Of a stretch of 64,000 bases of DNA, positions 19,528 through 29,838 are shown piece after piece (position 1 is the stretch's first letter; each line of letters opens with the position of its first letter). Source of the stretch: Armatimonadota bacterium (lineage in GTDB: Bacteria > Armatimonadota > SYMT01); the NCBI GenBank assembly GCA_041690135.1, contig JAWLHY010000005.1:160001-224000 (forward strand), written 5' to 3'. The notes under the pieces are model-generated. The model saw nothing but the letters and a program-made list of their open reading frames with translations, was not told the DNA's origin and did no database searches. A program made the translations under genes and the position numbers.

Positions 19528-20658
19528 TTACTTGAAGATCTGCGCCACCTGAACGACTTCCAGATCGGCTCCCTTGACGCGCTTCAATTCCGCCAAGGTG
19601 TCCGTTTTCCATCTCGGATCCGGAGCCCCCTGGACGAAGAACGGCTTGCCGTTGTCTGCCAGGATCATTCCGTACTTCTTGAGAGCCTTCAAGATCACCT
19701 GACATTCGGGAGAAAACCCGGCGATGTCATAAGACGACTTGAGCCGGACGCGGATGCCCATGGGTGGGAGCGTAGGGTCAGTATTGCGGCTGGCGTAGTG
19801 GCTGGCAGGAGGTGCATAGGCGCGCTGCGTTTGCGGCGCGGTAAATCGCAGAGCATGGCGGATTTCCTTCTGGACGTGGACTTCCTCCCATTTAACGAGT
19901 GCGGGGAAGATGGGCAAGCCGGCAGCGTCCGCCGAGGTCCAGCCGCGCGGTCGGTTGGGGTGGGCGTTGAGATCGTAGACGGCGCCGCTCAGGGCCGTCC
20001 AGCGCTTCCCCTGTTTGCGGAGCGCCATCAACTCAAAGAGCCGCCAGTTATCCCGGTCGAGGACCAGAAGGTGACGGTCACCTTCCGGATGCGGATTAGG
20101 ATACCCCTCGATGGGAGGGTTGGGGGGGATCGGATAGAGTTCGTGATCGCTTTCGTCTGCGTACTGGAACATTACCGGCGATCTCGGCGTGGAACCTGAA
20201 ACGACAATATAGGGAATGCCGATAAAGCTACCCTGGTACTCGGGTCCGAAGTCGGGGTGGAGATTCTTGTCGTAACCGATGCTGCTGATGTAGGCCTTGG
20301 AATTATCGTCCACTGGAATGTGGTCGATGGGGGTATTCCAATAGTTGTCATCGGGGAACGGGCGCCATCCACCCAGAGAGGCGTTAGTGCCAAGCTTCAC
20401 TCCGTGGTAGCGGTCGTCACCCGCCGACGAGGGTCCACCGGAAAACGCAGTGACCACCCGCGGCATCTGCCTAGCCTGTGGTTTGGCTGTGGGAGACGCG
20501 GATTTTACGGGAAGTGGCTTTTTGGCAGCCGTGACTGCGGCGGCCGGCTGGGCCAGCAAATGAGGCTGCATCTCCACCGCACGTGTGGCAACGGCAGCAG
20601 CGCCGCCAGCCAGGAACGCGACGGTCGCGATGCCCGCACCAATCTTCATATTTTTCAT
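19528..20658 (-). CDS. Secreted conserved hypothetical protein
   Basis: Signal peptide, Ala/Pro linker, then a domain with GDRH, WTSADAAGLP, HALRF, YGMILADNG. Confidence 0.75.
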   Translation of the reverse strand: MKNMKIGAGIATVAFLAGGAAAVATRAVEMQPHLLAQPAAAVTAAKKPLPVKSASPTAKPQARQMPRVVTAFSGGPSSAGDDRYHGVKLGTNASLGGWRPFPDDNYWNTPIDHIPVDDNSKAYISSIGYDKNLHPDFGPEYQGSFIGIPYIVVSGSTPRSPVMFQYADESDHELYPIPPNPPIEGYPNPHPEGDRHLLVLDRDNWRLFELMALRKQGKRWTALSGAVYDLNAHPNRPRGWTSADAAGLPIFPALVKWEEVHVQKEIRHALRFTAPQTQRAYAPPASHYASRNTDPTLPPMGIRVRLKSSYDIAGFSPECQVILKALKKYGMILADNGKPFFVQGAPDPRWKTDTLAELKRVKGADLEVVQVAQIFK

Positions 20659-20836
20659 CGGAGTTCATCCTTATCCCGGATCCTGGTTGATCCGCGAGAT
20701 TGCGAAGCCGGAAGCATGGCCTTCCGACGGTCGTCTCCTAATTGACAAGAGAGCCAAACGCTCCGACGACATTCGCCAGCTTGCTTGACACTCCACTGTT
20801 TCCTAGATCAGATCGTCGCCGCCGGTGGACACAGGC

Positions 20837-22336
20837 TCAGTTGCTCGACACGGGCTGTGCTAGTCGGCGGTAGCGGACCGGCAAGGTGTCCCGGACGAAG
20901 ACTAGCCACTTCCGGCTGGCGTCCGGTTGCAGTAACGGCGCCAATGCCAGGAAGGCAGTGACGGACAGCAACCCGGCCACCAGAAAGCCCTCGGGAGACC
21001 TGGCGAACCGGTGGACGATAGCACTCGCAACAAGGGATCCAGCCAGGGCATGCACCGCAGGTCTGAGCAGCAAAGAAAGAAGCGCAAGCCGTAGAGTCTT
21101 ACGCGATTTCAGATGGCAGTACACCGCAACGGCCAGCACTTGCGCGGGGAGAGCCAAAGCTGCTCCCACGTAGCCCCAGGCTAGGGTTCCCAGGACACCG
21201 ACACCCCATTGCGCAACAAATCCGACGAGAGCGCAGCGGTAGAGCACCTTCGCGTTCGCGAGGGACTCGAGGGCGTTCTGCAGTGGACCCCGGAGAGGAA
21301 CCGCTAGCAATGCCAAGCAGAGGATCCAGAAGGCCGGTAGCGCGGGAAGCCATTTGGGTCCATAGATGTAGCGGATCGCGGGTTCGGCCAGCGCAAGCAT
21401 CAGGCCGGTCAGGGGAAAGAGGGCCGAGGCGAGTAGCATTATACTTGCTGACACGGCACCCCGGAGGTCGCCACTGTCGCGATTGACCTTCGCGTACCAA
21501 GGGAACGCAACCCGGTCGAACATCGACACGACCTCCATCGGCTTGGAGGCGGAACTCTTAGCCCAGGTGAGATATCCGAGCGCCAAAGGACCACAGAGTG
21601 TGCCGACAAGCAGTGGGTAGAATTGCTCCCGTAGGGCATTGGAGATCGCGCTTGTTTGAAAAGCCAGGGAGACAGGAATCGCAGATTGGAATTCCACCAG
21701 GTCTATACCAGGTCGCAGCCGCCAAGGATGGAGGATCCACAAACCCACGGTACCCGACAGCGTGCGGAGCAGAGCGGCGATCCCCAGTGCCCACACTCCT
21801 AGTCCCCGCCAGGCGAGGAGCAGAGCGCTAAGGGAGAACACCACCGTCTGCAGGAACTCAACCGCCGCCACCTCGCGGAAACGCAGCTCGCGTTCCAGCA
21901 ATGCGTAGGGAACGCCCGCCAGCGAGTTGATCACCACCCCCGCAGCCATCAGACGAACCAGCCAGATGTGATTGCTTTGCAGTTCCGGGTAAAGCCGCGG
22001 CAGAAGTGGAGCAGCCACCCATATTGTTGCGGCGGCAGCCAGAGATAGGCAGAAATAAGTGGTAAACAGGGTGCGGAGAAGCGACTCGCTTGGGGTGTTC
22101 GGGTCTCGCATGATCGGCGCAGCTTGGCCTGCGTTGCCGGCGAAGCTCAACACAGCCAGCACCGAGCAGCAGATTGCAAAGATGCCGAACTCATAGGGAC
22201 CTAGAGTACGGGCGATGAGGATGGAGTAGAAGAAGCCGAGGAACTGACCGGCAACTTGCCGGATGCCGAACGCACGGATTCCCTGCTTGACTTCGGTGGT
22301 AGTCGCGTCCTGTTGAATGGTGGGTGTTTCGTCCAC
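20837..22336 (-). CDS. wzx: Wzx oligosaccharide flippase
   Basis: About 12-14 TMs, ARTLGPYEFG, ALLERELRF, YGPKWLPA. Confidence 0.88.
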   Translation of the reverse strand: MDETPTIQQDATTTEVKQGIRAFGIRQVAGQFLGFFYSILIARTLGPYEFGIFAICCSVLAVLSFAGNAGQAAPIMRDPNTPSESLLRTLFTTYFCLSLAAAATIWVAAPLLPRLYPELQSNHIWLVRLMAAGVVINSLAGVPYALLERELRFREVAAVEFLQTVVFSLSALLLAWRGLGVWALGIAALLRTLSGTVGLWILHPWRLRPGIDLVEFQSAIPVSLAFQTSAISNALREQFYPLLVGTLCGPLALGYLTWAKSSASKPMEVVSMFDRVAFPWYAKVNRDSGDLRGAVSASIMLLASALFPLTGLMLALAEPAIRYIYGPKWLPALPAFWILCLALLAVPLRGPLQNALESLANAKVLYRCALVGFVAQWGVGVLGTLAWGYVGAALALPAQVLAVAVYCHLKSRKTLRLALLSLLLRPAVHALAGSLVASAIVHRFARSPEGFLVAGLLSVTAFLALAPLLQPDASRKWLVFVRDTLPVRYRRLAQPVSSN

Positions 22337-22390
22337 GAGGCGTTCGGATACTCAAAGAGTCGGTGGTGGCTGGTAGCCCCACCGTGGGCC

Positions 22391-23605
22391 TTAACGGGTG
22401 ATTTCGAGTTCCTGGAGGCACGGCCCTTGCGTGGTGGCGAGCAGGTCGAGCACACGGCGGGCGTTGTGTTTCCAGAGGTGCTGGGTGAGAACCTTTTCCC
22501 GGGCGGCGACCCCCAGTCGCTCCCGCAGGCCGGGGTCAGACAGGAGCGCCCGGAGATGTGCCCGCAGCCCTTCCGGGCTCTCCGGCTCGAAGAGGAGACC
22601 GGTGCGGCCATCGTCGACGGCTTCTTCCAGGGAGTGGTAGCGCGGCGCGATCGGCGCTTTGCCCATGGCCATGTATTCGAAGGCTTTCACGGGGGAAACG
22701 AACGGGTTGGCGCCGGGAACCACGGCGATATCCATGGCGGCGATGTGGTCGGGCACCTGGGCGTGGGGCACCTTTCCGGCGAAGACGACGTGGCGGGTTA
22801 GCCCCAGTTCTTCCACCAGCGCCTCGACCTCGGACCGCCGGGCACCGTCGCCCACCAGCAGCACGCGGAGGTCGGGAAACTCGGGGGTCAGCTCCGCGGC
22901 GACACGGATCAGGAGTTCCACGCCGTGCCACTTGGTGAAGGAGCCGATGAAGCCGACCACGGTGGCGCCGGCGAGACCGTGAACCTCGCGTACCGCCTCC
23001 CCGTCGGCGCGTTCGGGGTCGAACTTCCCCGGATCGACGGCGTTCGGGATGGCGCGGACGCGCTCCGGCTTTGCGCCCAGAGCGAGGATCTGCTCGCGGA
23101 GGTATTCCGAGACCGGTAGGACCGCCGTGGCGTTGCGGCAGATGTATCGCTCGAAGGCCGCCGCCAGTCCCGGCATGGCCGTGCGCTTGCCCTGGCGCGT
23201 GCGGTCCTCTCCCGCCAGGTCGTTTATTTCGACCGCGATGGGAATTCCCGTGAGGCGGCTGACGAGGACGCCGGCCACGTTGAAGCCGGCGTAGCGCTCG
23301 TAGATCAGGTCCGGCTTACTGGCGCGGCACCGGCTCCACAGGCGGGGAACCGCGGCCAGGTTGTAGCCGAGCTCCAGGAGTTCGAAGAGGGCTTGAGGCG
23401 CATAGCGGGCGATCCAGCCCCAGAAGGTGCCGGTCCTCCCCTTCTCCGACGCGACCACGATCTCGGGGTTCACATCGACGCCGGGCGGGCCGATGATCTC
23501 GACCTCGTGACCGTTTTCGCGGAGGCCGCTCACGATCCCCATGATGTGGACGGCTTCGACGCCGCGACCCTGGGTGCGGTGGTGGTAGAGCGCGCGCACG
23601 TTCAA
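22391..23605 (-). CDS. Glycosyltransferase family 4
   Basis: TTG start at 23605 overlapping the upstream TGA, with GGAGG RBS; IPNAVD, KWHG, SPVKAFEYMA. The 752-aa ORF-track extension is spurious. Confidence 0.88.
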   Translation of the reverse strand: MNVRALYHHRTQGRGVEAVHIMGIVSGLRENGHEVEIIGPPGVDVNPEIVVASEKGRTGTFWGWIARYAPQALFELLELGYNLAAVPRLWSRCRASKPDLIYERYAGFNVAGVLVSRLTGIPIAVEINDLAGEDRTRQGKRTAMPGLAAAFERYICRNATAVLPVSEYLREQILALGAKPERVRAIPNAVDPGKFDPERADGEAVREVHGLAGATVVGFIGSFTKWHGVELLIRVAAELTPEFPDLRVLLVGDGARRSEVEALVEELGLTRHVVFAGKVPHAQVPDHIAAMDIAVVPGANPFVSPVKAFEYMAMGKAPIAPRYHSLEEAVDDGRTGLLFEPESPEGLRAHLRALLSDPGLRERLGVAAREKVLTQHLWKHNARRVLDLLATTQGPCLQELEITR

Positions 23606-24774
23606 TTCTCCTCCCCCACGGTGAGGGCCAGGTGGAGGGTGTCCCTCAGGGTGCGGCCGAACTGGTCCCAGGACAGGCAATCGACGGAGCCGCGGAGGGC
23701 GGCAGGGTCCCATGTGCGGTCCACGGCCTGGGCCAGAGCCTCGGCGAGGGCTGCGGGATCTCCGGCGGGCACCAGGATGCCGGTATCCTCGCGCAGCAGC
23801 TCGGGCACGCCGCCGACGGCGGAGGCGACCACGGGACGACCGGAGGCGAGGGCCTCCAGTACCACGTTGGGACAGCCTTCGCGGAAGCTGGGCAGGCAAA
23901 GGACATCCGCGGCAGCAATCCAGTCCGGCACCTCCGCGTGAGGGCGCCGCCCGCAGAAGCGAACCTGCTCTTCCAGCCCCTCCCGGGCAGTGAACGCGCG
24001 GAGTTCGCCTTCCAACGTGCCGCCGCCCACCATGGCAAGCGTGATCTCCCCCCTCCCCGCCTGACTCAGGTGCCGCATCGCGTCGAGGAGCACCGCCACC
24101 CCTTTTTCCGGATAGAAGTTCCCGACGTAGCAGAGCGTGGGCCGGTCGGATGGCAGGCCAAGACGGGCCCGAGCTTCGCGGCGGTCGCGTGGGCGGAACC
24201 GTTCGCCGTCCACTCCGTTCCGCTGGACGAGCACGCGGTCGCCGGAAATCCCAAGGTCGATGGCCCGCTCGCGGAGCGCGGCGCTGACGGTGATGACGCG
24301 GCGGGCGCACTGCAGGCCCCAGTGGACCTGCTTCTTCAACGCCGGGTGGCGCGGCACCTCGTTGAGGTCGCTGCCCAGCACCATCGTCACCAGTGGTACC
24401 CGCAACTCGCGCGCCAGGTGCGCCGCGGCCACGCCATCCGGGTAGGCCCAGGCCGCCAGGATGACGTCGAACGGGAACTCCTTCCGTAAGCGAAGGATCT
24501 GGCCGCGAAGGGAGTGATACATCCCGCGCGCGTGGAGGGCCGGCCGGCCGGGTATGGACCAGTAGCTGGGATAGGAGGCGCGCAGGCCTTCCACAACCTC
24601 CAGGGGTGGGACAAACCACTCCCGGGGTCGCCGGGCACGGGTCCACCATGGCAGCGGTGCAATGACGCGGCTGTCGCAGTACCGGGAAAGCGCGTGGAAT
24701 CCCTGGCGGTTGAACACGCCCCGCGTGGGCTCGCGGCTAGAGGGGAAGAGGTTCGAGAGCAGCAAGGCTTTCAC
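23602..24774 (-). CDS. Glycosyltransferase family 4 (TuaC-like)
   Basis: SNLFP, YPDG, GSD, NGVD, EGCPNVVLEA. Confidence 0.9.
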   Translation of the reverse strand: MKALLLSNLFPSSREPTRGVFNRQGFHALSRYCDSRVIAPLPWWTRARRPREWFVPPLEVVEGLRASYPSYWSIPGRPALHARGMYHSLRGQILRLRKEFPFDVILAAWAYPDGVAAAHLARELRVPLVTMVLGSDLNEVPRHPALKKQVHWGLQCARRVITVSAALRERAIDLGISGDRVLVQRNGVDGERFRPRDRREARARLGLPSDRPTLCYVGNFYPEKGVAVLLDAMRHLSQAGRGEITLAMVGGGTLEGELRAFTAREGLEEQVRFCGRRPHAEVPDWIAAADVLCLPSFREGCPNVVLEALASGRPVVASAVGGVPELLREDTGILVPAGDPAALAEALAQAVDRTWDPAALRGSVDCLSWDQFGRTLRDTLHLALTVGEEN

Positions 24775-25343
24775 ACCGGCACCGAGACCTCTTCTGACGA
24801 GGGAAGCAGATCCGTCGCGCTCGCGACCCGGCGCCCGTAGATCTTCACCACCCGCGCGGGAATGCCGACCGCCGTGGCCCCGTCCGGCAGGTCGCGGGTG
24901 ACCACCGCATTCGCGCCGATCTTCACGTCGGAGCCGACGCGTACCGGGCCGATGATCTTGGCGCCGGCGCCGATGAACACGTTGTCTCCCAGGATAGGGC
25001 TCTGGCCCTTTTCCGCGCCGATGGTCACTCCGTGCTCCAGCACCAGGTTACGCCCCGCTTTAACGTTGGTGTTGATAACGATGCCGAAGCTGTGGAGGAT
25101 CACCAGCCCCGGACCGAGCTCCGCGCCGCGCCCGATGACCACGTGGCCGATGGCCGCGTTCAGGCGGTAGAGGGCCATGGCGAGGGGCTTGAGGTGGTGG
25201 GTCTGGCAGAACCGCATCAAGCGGTAGAGGATCTGCGCCGTGCTGCCGTCGCTGAAGGCCATGCGCAGCAGCGATTTCGAGGTCGGGGGAAGTTCGTACC
25301 ACTCCGCCTTGCGCCGGAGATCTGCCAGCACTTCGCTCCACAT
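24771..25343 (-). CDS. Serine-acetyltransferase-like hexapeptide O-acetyltransferase (WcaB/CysE family)
   Basis: LbH repeats GDNVFIGAGAKIIG..IGANAVV, GIPAR. Confidence 0.88.
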   Translation of the reverse strand: MWSEVLADLRRKAEWYELPPTSKSLLRMAFSDGSTAQILYRLMRFCQTHHLKPLAMALYRLNAAIGHVVIGRGAELGPGLVILHSFGIVINTNVKAGRNLVLEHGVTIGAEKGQSPILGDNVFIGAGAKIIGPVRVGSDVKIGANAVVTRDLPDGATAVGIPARVVKIYGRRVASATDLLPSSEEVSVPV

Positions 25344-25522
25344 AGCCTCGTCGCTTGCTGGGGCCAATGCGGTCTCTGTCGTGGATGGCGAGGAGGCCCC
25401 AGTCCCTCATACTCCTCGCTTCAAGTGCAGCCGACAAGGGAGGTGTGCAGTGTTGCGTAAAGCGCGTGCTCACATTCGGGGCGGCTACGAAGGCAATGAT
25501 GCGGCCTCGGACGTGAGGTTGA

Positions 25523-25551
25523 TGCGTAATGCGTATTGCGTATTGCGTATT
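25523..25551. repeat. Heptamer tandem repeat TGCGTA[A/T] x4
   Basis: tgcgtaatgcgtattgcgtattgcgtatt; same unit inverted at 60427-60453. Confidence 0.8.
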
Positions 25552-25723
25552 GGGAACCGCCTGGGACAGGAGGAGTTTCGGTGTTCAGGGGTTGGGCAGA
25601 CAGACGGTGGGGTAGCCGGTCGACGTTTTCGCCAGTCCCATGCTTCCGAGGTTGATCTCGTTCGGTTGGGGTGTTACCTTTTCTCATCCTGCTCTCCCTT
25701 CCATCCTGTTCCTTCTCCTCGAA

Positions 25724-26836
25724 ATGCCTAACCTGTCGCAGCGCCTTTACGATCTGGAGATCACGGCCCGGGCGGCCCTGGCGGGCTCACGGAACCGACG
25801 GCTGGTCCGGCCGGGGGAACTGCCGGGGGGGACGGACCTGTTCCTGTGCCTGGTGGACCATTACGAACCACAGATCGGGAGGCCAGCGCGGCAGCGGGCG
25901 CGGGAACGGGTGGAAGATTGGTTGGAGCGGTATCCGCGGATCGCCGGGTGTCACCGGGACGCGGACGGGCGGGTGCCGGCGCACTCCTTCTTCTATCCCT
26001 GGGATGAATACGACCCGTGGGAGCTGGAGCGCCTGGTGGAACTCTGCCGGGCGGGATACGGGGAGCTGGATCTCCATTTGCATCACGCGGACGATACGGA
26101 GGAAAGCCTGCGCCGGACCTTTGCCGAGGCGGTATCGGTCTATGACGCGGCGGGTGCCCTCCCCCACTGGCCGGACGGTCGGCCGGCTTTCGGCTTCATC
26201 CACGGTAACTGGGCGCTGGACAATTCCCGCATCGAGCATGGCCGTAACTTCTGCGGGGTGAACCGGGAGCTGGACCTCTTACGGGAGGCCGGCTGCTATG
26301 CCGATTTCACCTTTCCGGCGTGGCAGCACCGGGCACAGCCGCGGTGGCCGAACCGCATCTACTACGGGCTCGACGGTCCGGAGCCCAAGTCGTATGAACG
26401 GGGAGTGGAGGCGCAGGCGGGATCTCCCGCGCCGGAGAACGGTCTACTGCTGGTGCACGGCCCCCTGGCGCCGTTCGCGAGGAAGGGCCGGCCGGCGATG
26501 GATGACGGTGACCTGGCCCACTACCGGCGGTACCGCCCGAGCCGCCTGGACCGCTGGGTCCGTACGGGCGTGCACGTGCTGGGGCGTCCGGACTGGGTCT
26601 TCATCAAGCTCCACACGCACGGAGCGGCAGATGAGAACCGCCAGGCGCTGCTGGGCGAGGACCTGGAGGCGCTGTTTACGGATGCCGCCCGACGCTACAA
26701 CGACGGAAAGCGGTACCGGCTGCACTACGTGACGGCCCGGGAGATGTTCAATCTCGTCAAAGCCGCGGAGGCGGGTTTGGCACTCTCCCCGGCGGAGGCC
26801 CGGAATTATGTATTGCCGAGCCCATTCACCGGGTGA
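25724..26836 (+). CDS. Conserved hypothetical protein, putative metal-dependent carbohydrate esterase
   Basis: VDHYEP, LHLHH, FIHGNWALDN, YADFTFP, KLHTHG motifs; long ORF with coding-like GC3. Confidence 0.7.
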   Translation: MPNLSQRLYDLEITARAALAGSRNRRLVRPGELPGGTDLFLCLVDHYEPQIGRPARQRARERVEDWLERYPRIAGCHRDADGRVPAHSFFYPWDEYDPWELERLVELCRAGYGELDLHLHHADDTEESLRRTFAEAVSVYDAAGALPHWPDGRPAFGFIHGNWALDNSRIEHGRNFCGVNRELDLLREAGCYADFTFPAWQHRAQPRWPNRIYYGLDGPEPKSYERGVEAQAGSPAPENGLLLVHGPLAPFARKGRPAMDDGDLAHYRRYRPSRLDRWVRTGVHVLGRPDWVFIKLHTHGAADENRQALLGEDLEALFTDAARRYNDGKRYRLHYVTAREMFNLVKAAEAGLALSPAEARNYVLPSPFTG

Positions 26837-26915
26837 GTCCGGTTCGGGTGTCGGTGGGTGGTTGAAGGACATTACTCGCCATGGGGTTTGCATTCCCTGC
26901 GTGGGGAGCGGACCA

Positions 26916-27992
26916 CTAGCGCAGGAGGGTGGTGTAGAGCTCTTCGTACTGGGAGGTCATCGCGTCGTAGGAGAAGTCGCGTTGGACCCTTTCCCGCGCC
27001 GCTCGGCCGAGTTGGAGGCGCAGGGAAGGATTGCAGGTGAGGCGGGCAATCGCCGCCGCCAGTGCGTGGACGTCTTCCACGGGGATCAGCAGCCCCTCGC
27101 GATCGGGGGTCACGACCTCCGGGATGCCGCCGACGGGGGTGGCGACCACCGGCAGGCCGAAGGCCATGGCCTCCAGAACCGAAAGCGGGAGCCCTTCCGT
27201 AAGGGATGGCAGCAGGAAGAAGTCCGAGGCGGCCAGGAGGTCCGGCACGTCGCGCCGGAACCCGAGGAAGCGCACGTGGTGGTCGTCCAGCCCGAGCCGC
27301 CGGGCCTGTGCCTCCAGGTCTTGCCGGACAGCGCCGTCGCCGGCAAGCAGCACCAGCGGCGCCTCTCCTCGCTCCTGCCGTTGCGCCAATGCCTCCAGCA
27401 GGGTGGCGTGTCCCTTGAGGCCATCCATCCGGGCCACCATGACGCCGACTACTGCCGCGGCGGGCAGCCCTAACTCGTGGCGCATGGTGCGCCGGTCCCG
27501 TAGTTCGCCGGGCAACTCGATGCCATTGAGGATGACCTGGAGGCGACCGGCCAACTCGGGTCGCTGGAGTTGCGGCACGGCCCCCGCGGAGACGGCGACG
27601 ACAGCGTCCGTCTGGTCCCACTCCGCTTGCGACGGTTCCCGTGCGTGTGCGGCGCCGATGCCGTGGTAGGTCATCACCACCGGCGCGCGGGTGAGCCGCT
27701 TGCCGAGACGTGCGTAGTGGAGGGCGGTGGGGTTATGGGCGTGGATGACCTGCGGGCGGAGCCGGGCGAAGCATGCGAGGCCGCGCGCCACCCGCAGGTG
27801 CTTCTGACGTCCGCCCAGCACGTGCGCGGGGAGGCCCAGATCGCGCGCCGTGCTCCGGAGGGGGCCGTCGCGTAAGGCGAGAACCGTAGCGGCATGCCCG
27901 CTCCGGCGCTGCCGGGCCGCCAGGCGGAGGACGAACTGCTCCATGCCGCCGACTTCCAGGCTACTGACCACGTGGACGATGCGCAGCGGCAT
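26916..27992 (-). CDS. Glycosyltransferase family 4
   Basis: VHVVSSLEVGGME, ILNGI, LKGH, EGLPLSVLEAMA. Confidence 0.9.
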   Translation of the reverse strand: MPLRIVHVVSSLEVGGMEQFVLRLAARQRRSGHAATVLALRDGPLRSTARDLGLPAHVLGGRQKHLRVARGLACFARLRPQVIHAHNPTALHYARLGKRLTRAPVVMTYHGIGAAHAREPSQAEWDQTDAVVAVSAGAVPQLQRPELAGRLQVILNGIELPGELRDRRTMRHELGLPAAAVVGVMVARMDGLKGHATLLEALAQRQERGEAPLVLLAGDGAVRQDLEAQARRLGLDDHHVRFLGFRRDVPDLLAASDFFLLPSLTEGLPLSVLEAMAFGLPVVATPVGGIPEVVTPDREGLLIPVEDVHALAAAIARLTCNPSLRLQLGRAARERVQRDFSYDAMTSQYEELYTTLLR

Positions 27993-28011
27993 AGGAGGTC
28001 GTGGAGGCTGC

Positions 28012-29814
28012 CTAACCACTGCCCGCGGCGGCCGGCGTCGCGCCCGCCGAACCTGTGCGCGGGGTGGTGTTGGTGACCGTGGCGATCACCGCCTTGGGCT
28101 CGCCCTTGACGCGGGGCTCCACCGCGGTAAAGCCCTGCAGCCCTTCCAGGAGCGGGTGACCCTTGCCGTTGATGCGGATGCTTGTCGGCGGTTGGCGCTT
28201 GGACTCCTTGGCGCGGTTGTAGACCACGTTCCACCGCAGGAAGACGTCGTAGATCGTGCGCCACTCCGCGGAGTACTCGCGGGAAGACTCCGTGAGGAAC
28301 AGCCAACGGGCATTCGCAAACTGCTTGCGGAACTCCATCACGTTGCCGTCGGTTTTGGGAATCCAGATCGCGGGCCGATCGGCATACCAGGCGACGACCC
28401 AGGGATGGTCGGAGAGACAGACATCCTGACGGCGAGTGATATCCGAGAGGGCGCGCGCGACCCCCACCGAACCGAGCGGCTCCACCTTCTGCACCCGCAG
28501 TTGGGTGTCGTAGACGAGGGGCAGCGCGATCACCAGCACGCCGATGGTGCTGACGAGGGCGACGGTCGGCCGGCTGAGCTGGGCCTCCGCCATCAGGTGG
28601 ATCAGGAACGCGATGGCGAAGAGAATCGCCGCGGGGATGAGGGCCACGAACAGGGGCATGTCGATCTGGAAGATGACCGTGCCCCAGAGGAGCGCGAATC
28701 CGATCGCGACGATGACGCCGCGGACGATGTTGGCGGCGGGATTGGCCAGCCGGAACAACAGCGCGGGAAGGAAGAAGGCGAGCAGGTAGCTGGCATTGAT
28801 GGTCGGCAAAGTGTAAAGCACCTCCCCCACCGATCGCGCCAGCTTCCGCAGCACCTCATCCACGAGCGAGACCCCCTGGGAGATCTCGGTCGGCATCATC
28901 CGGTACGTGTCCCACCGAGGGTAGGTTTCGGTGTTCATCACCAGCTCGAGACCGCGGAGCCCGAAGAAGGGGTTGCCGGACACCATGCCGTTGCGGACCA
29001 TCCACGGCACGGCGGTCACCAGCACCGGCAGGAAACACCAGCCCAGGGCCTTGATCCAGCGGGAGCGACAGAGATACACCGCATAGATCAGGACGACCGG
29101 CAGCACCCAGAGGAACACCGGCTCCGTGAGGTAGAGCAGGCTGGCCAGCAGCCCCACCATGATCAACTGCGTGCGGGGCAGCGCCACCACGGGTTGACCG
29201 ACATGGGCGATCTCGTAGGTCGCCAGGTTGTAGAGGACGAAAAGGAGCGAGGTGGTGAGAAAGATGTAAAGGGTGACGTGGAGCCCGGACGAGGCATACT
29301 CCAGGATCAGCGCGTTGAACACATAGACCAGGGCCGTCACCATCCCGACGGTGCGATTGAACAACCGCCAGCCCAGCATGAAGAGCACGGGAATGGTAAG
29401 GATGTAGAAGAGCCCGGAGACCATCGCGACGACGTTGTCGTTGGTCCCCCCGACACCAAAGGCCAGCGCCAGAATGAAGGGGTAGAGCGGACCGTGCATG
29501 ACGTCCGGCTGCTTGAGCGGGTTCTCGCCGAACGACATCGCGAGCGGGCGGATAACGTAGGTCACGAAGCCGCGCCCGGCGCTGAGGTTCCGGCCCAATT
29601 GCGCGAAGTCGAGGGCCTCGGTGTTGGTGAGGCCCGGAAACATGGCTTTGCAGTAAAGCCACAGCAGGATCGGGGGCCCCACCAGCAGGAAGATGGCGAT
29701 CAGCCAGGTGCGAAGGCGTACCTCACTGGGCTCGGGGGTCATCCCATCGCCGCGAGGTCGCGTATCTCTCCGCAGGATCCTCAGTTTTTTGACTCTCACG
29801 CCGCTCTTCCTCAA
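28012..29814 (-). CDS. GT-C fold (ArnT/PMT-like) membrane glycosyltransferase
   Basis: N-terminal TM, EALDFAQLGRNL loop, HGPLYP, many TMs, PWMVRN..GNPF; start uncertain. Confidence 0.75.
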   Translation of the reverse strand: MRKSGVRVKKLRILRRDTRPRGDGMTPEPSEVRLRTWLIAIFLLVGPPILLWLYCKAMFPGLTNTEALDFAQLGRNLSAGRGFVTYVIRPLAMSFGENPLKQPDVMHGPLYPFILALAFGVGGTNDNVVAMVSGLFYILTIPVLFMLGWRLFNRTVGMVTALVYVFNALILEYASSGLHVTLYIFLTTSLLFVLYNLATYEIAHVGQPVVALPRTQLIMVGLLASLLYLTEPVFLWVLPVVLIYAVYLCRSRWIKALGWCFLPVLVTAVPWMVRNGMVSGNPFFGLRGLELVMNTETYPRWDTYRMMPTEISQGVSLVDEVLRKLARSVGEVLYTLPTINASYLLAFFLPALLFRLANPAANIVRGVIVAIGFALLWGTVIFQIDMPLFVALIPAAILFAIAFLIHLMAEAQLSRPTVALVSTIGVLVIALPLVYDTQLRVQKVEPLGSVGVARALSDITRRQDVCLSDHPWVVAWYADRPAIWIPKTDGNVMEFRKQFANARWLFLTESSREYSAEWRTIYDVFLRWNVVYNRAKESKRQPPTSIRINGKGHPLLEGLQGFTAVEPRVKGEPKAVIATVTNTTPRTGSAGATPAAAGSG

Positions 29815-29838
29815 ATGTCCGTGCGGAGCTAACGGGCT

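Noticed and set aside
23606-24649. N-terminal extension of the 752-aa ORF
   Set aside because: It overlaps the real GT4 in another frame; the true start is TTG 23605 with an RBS
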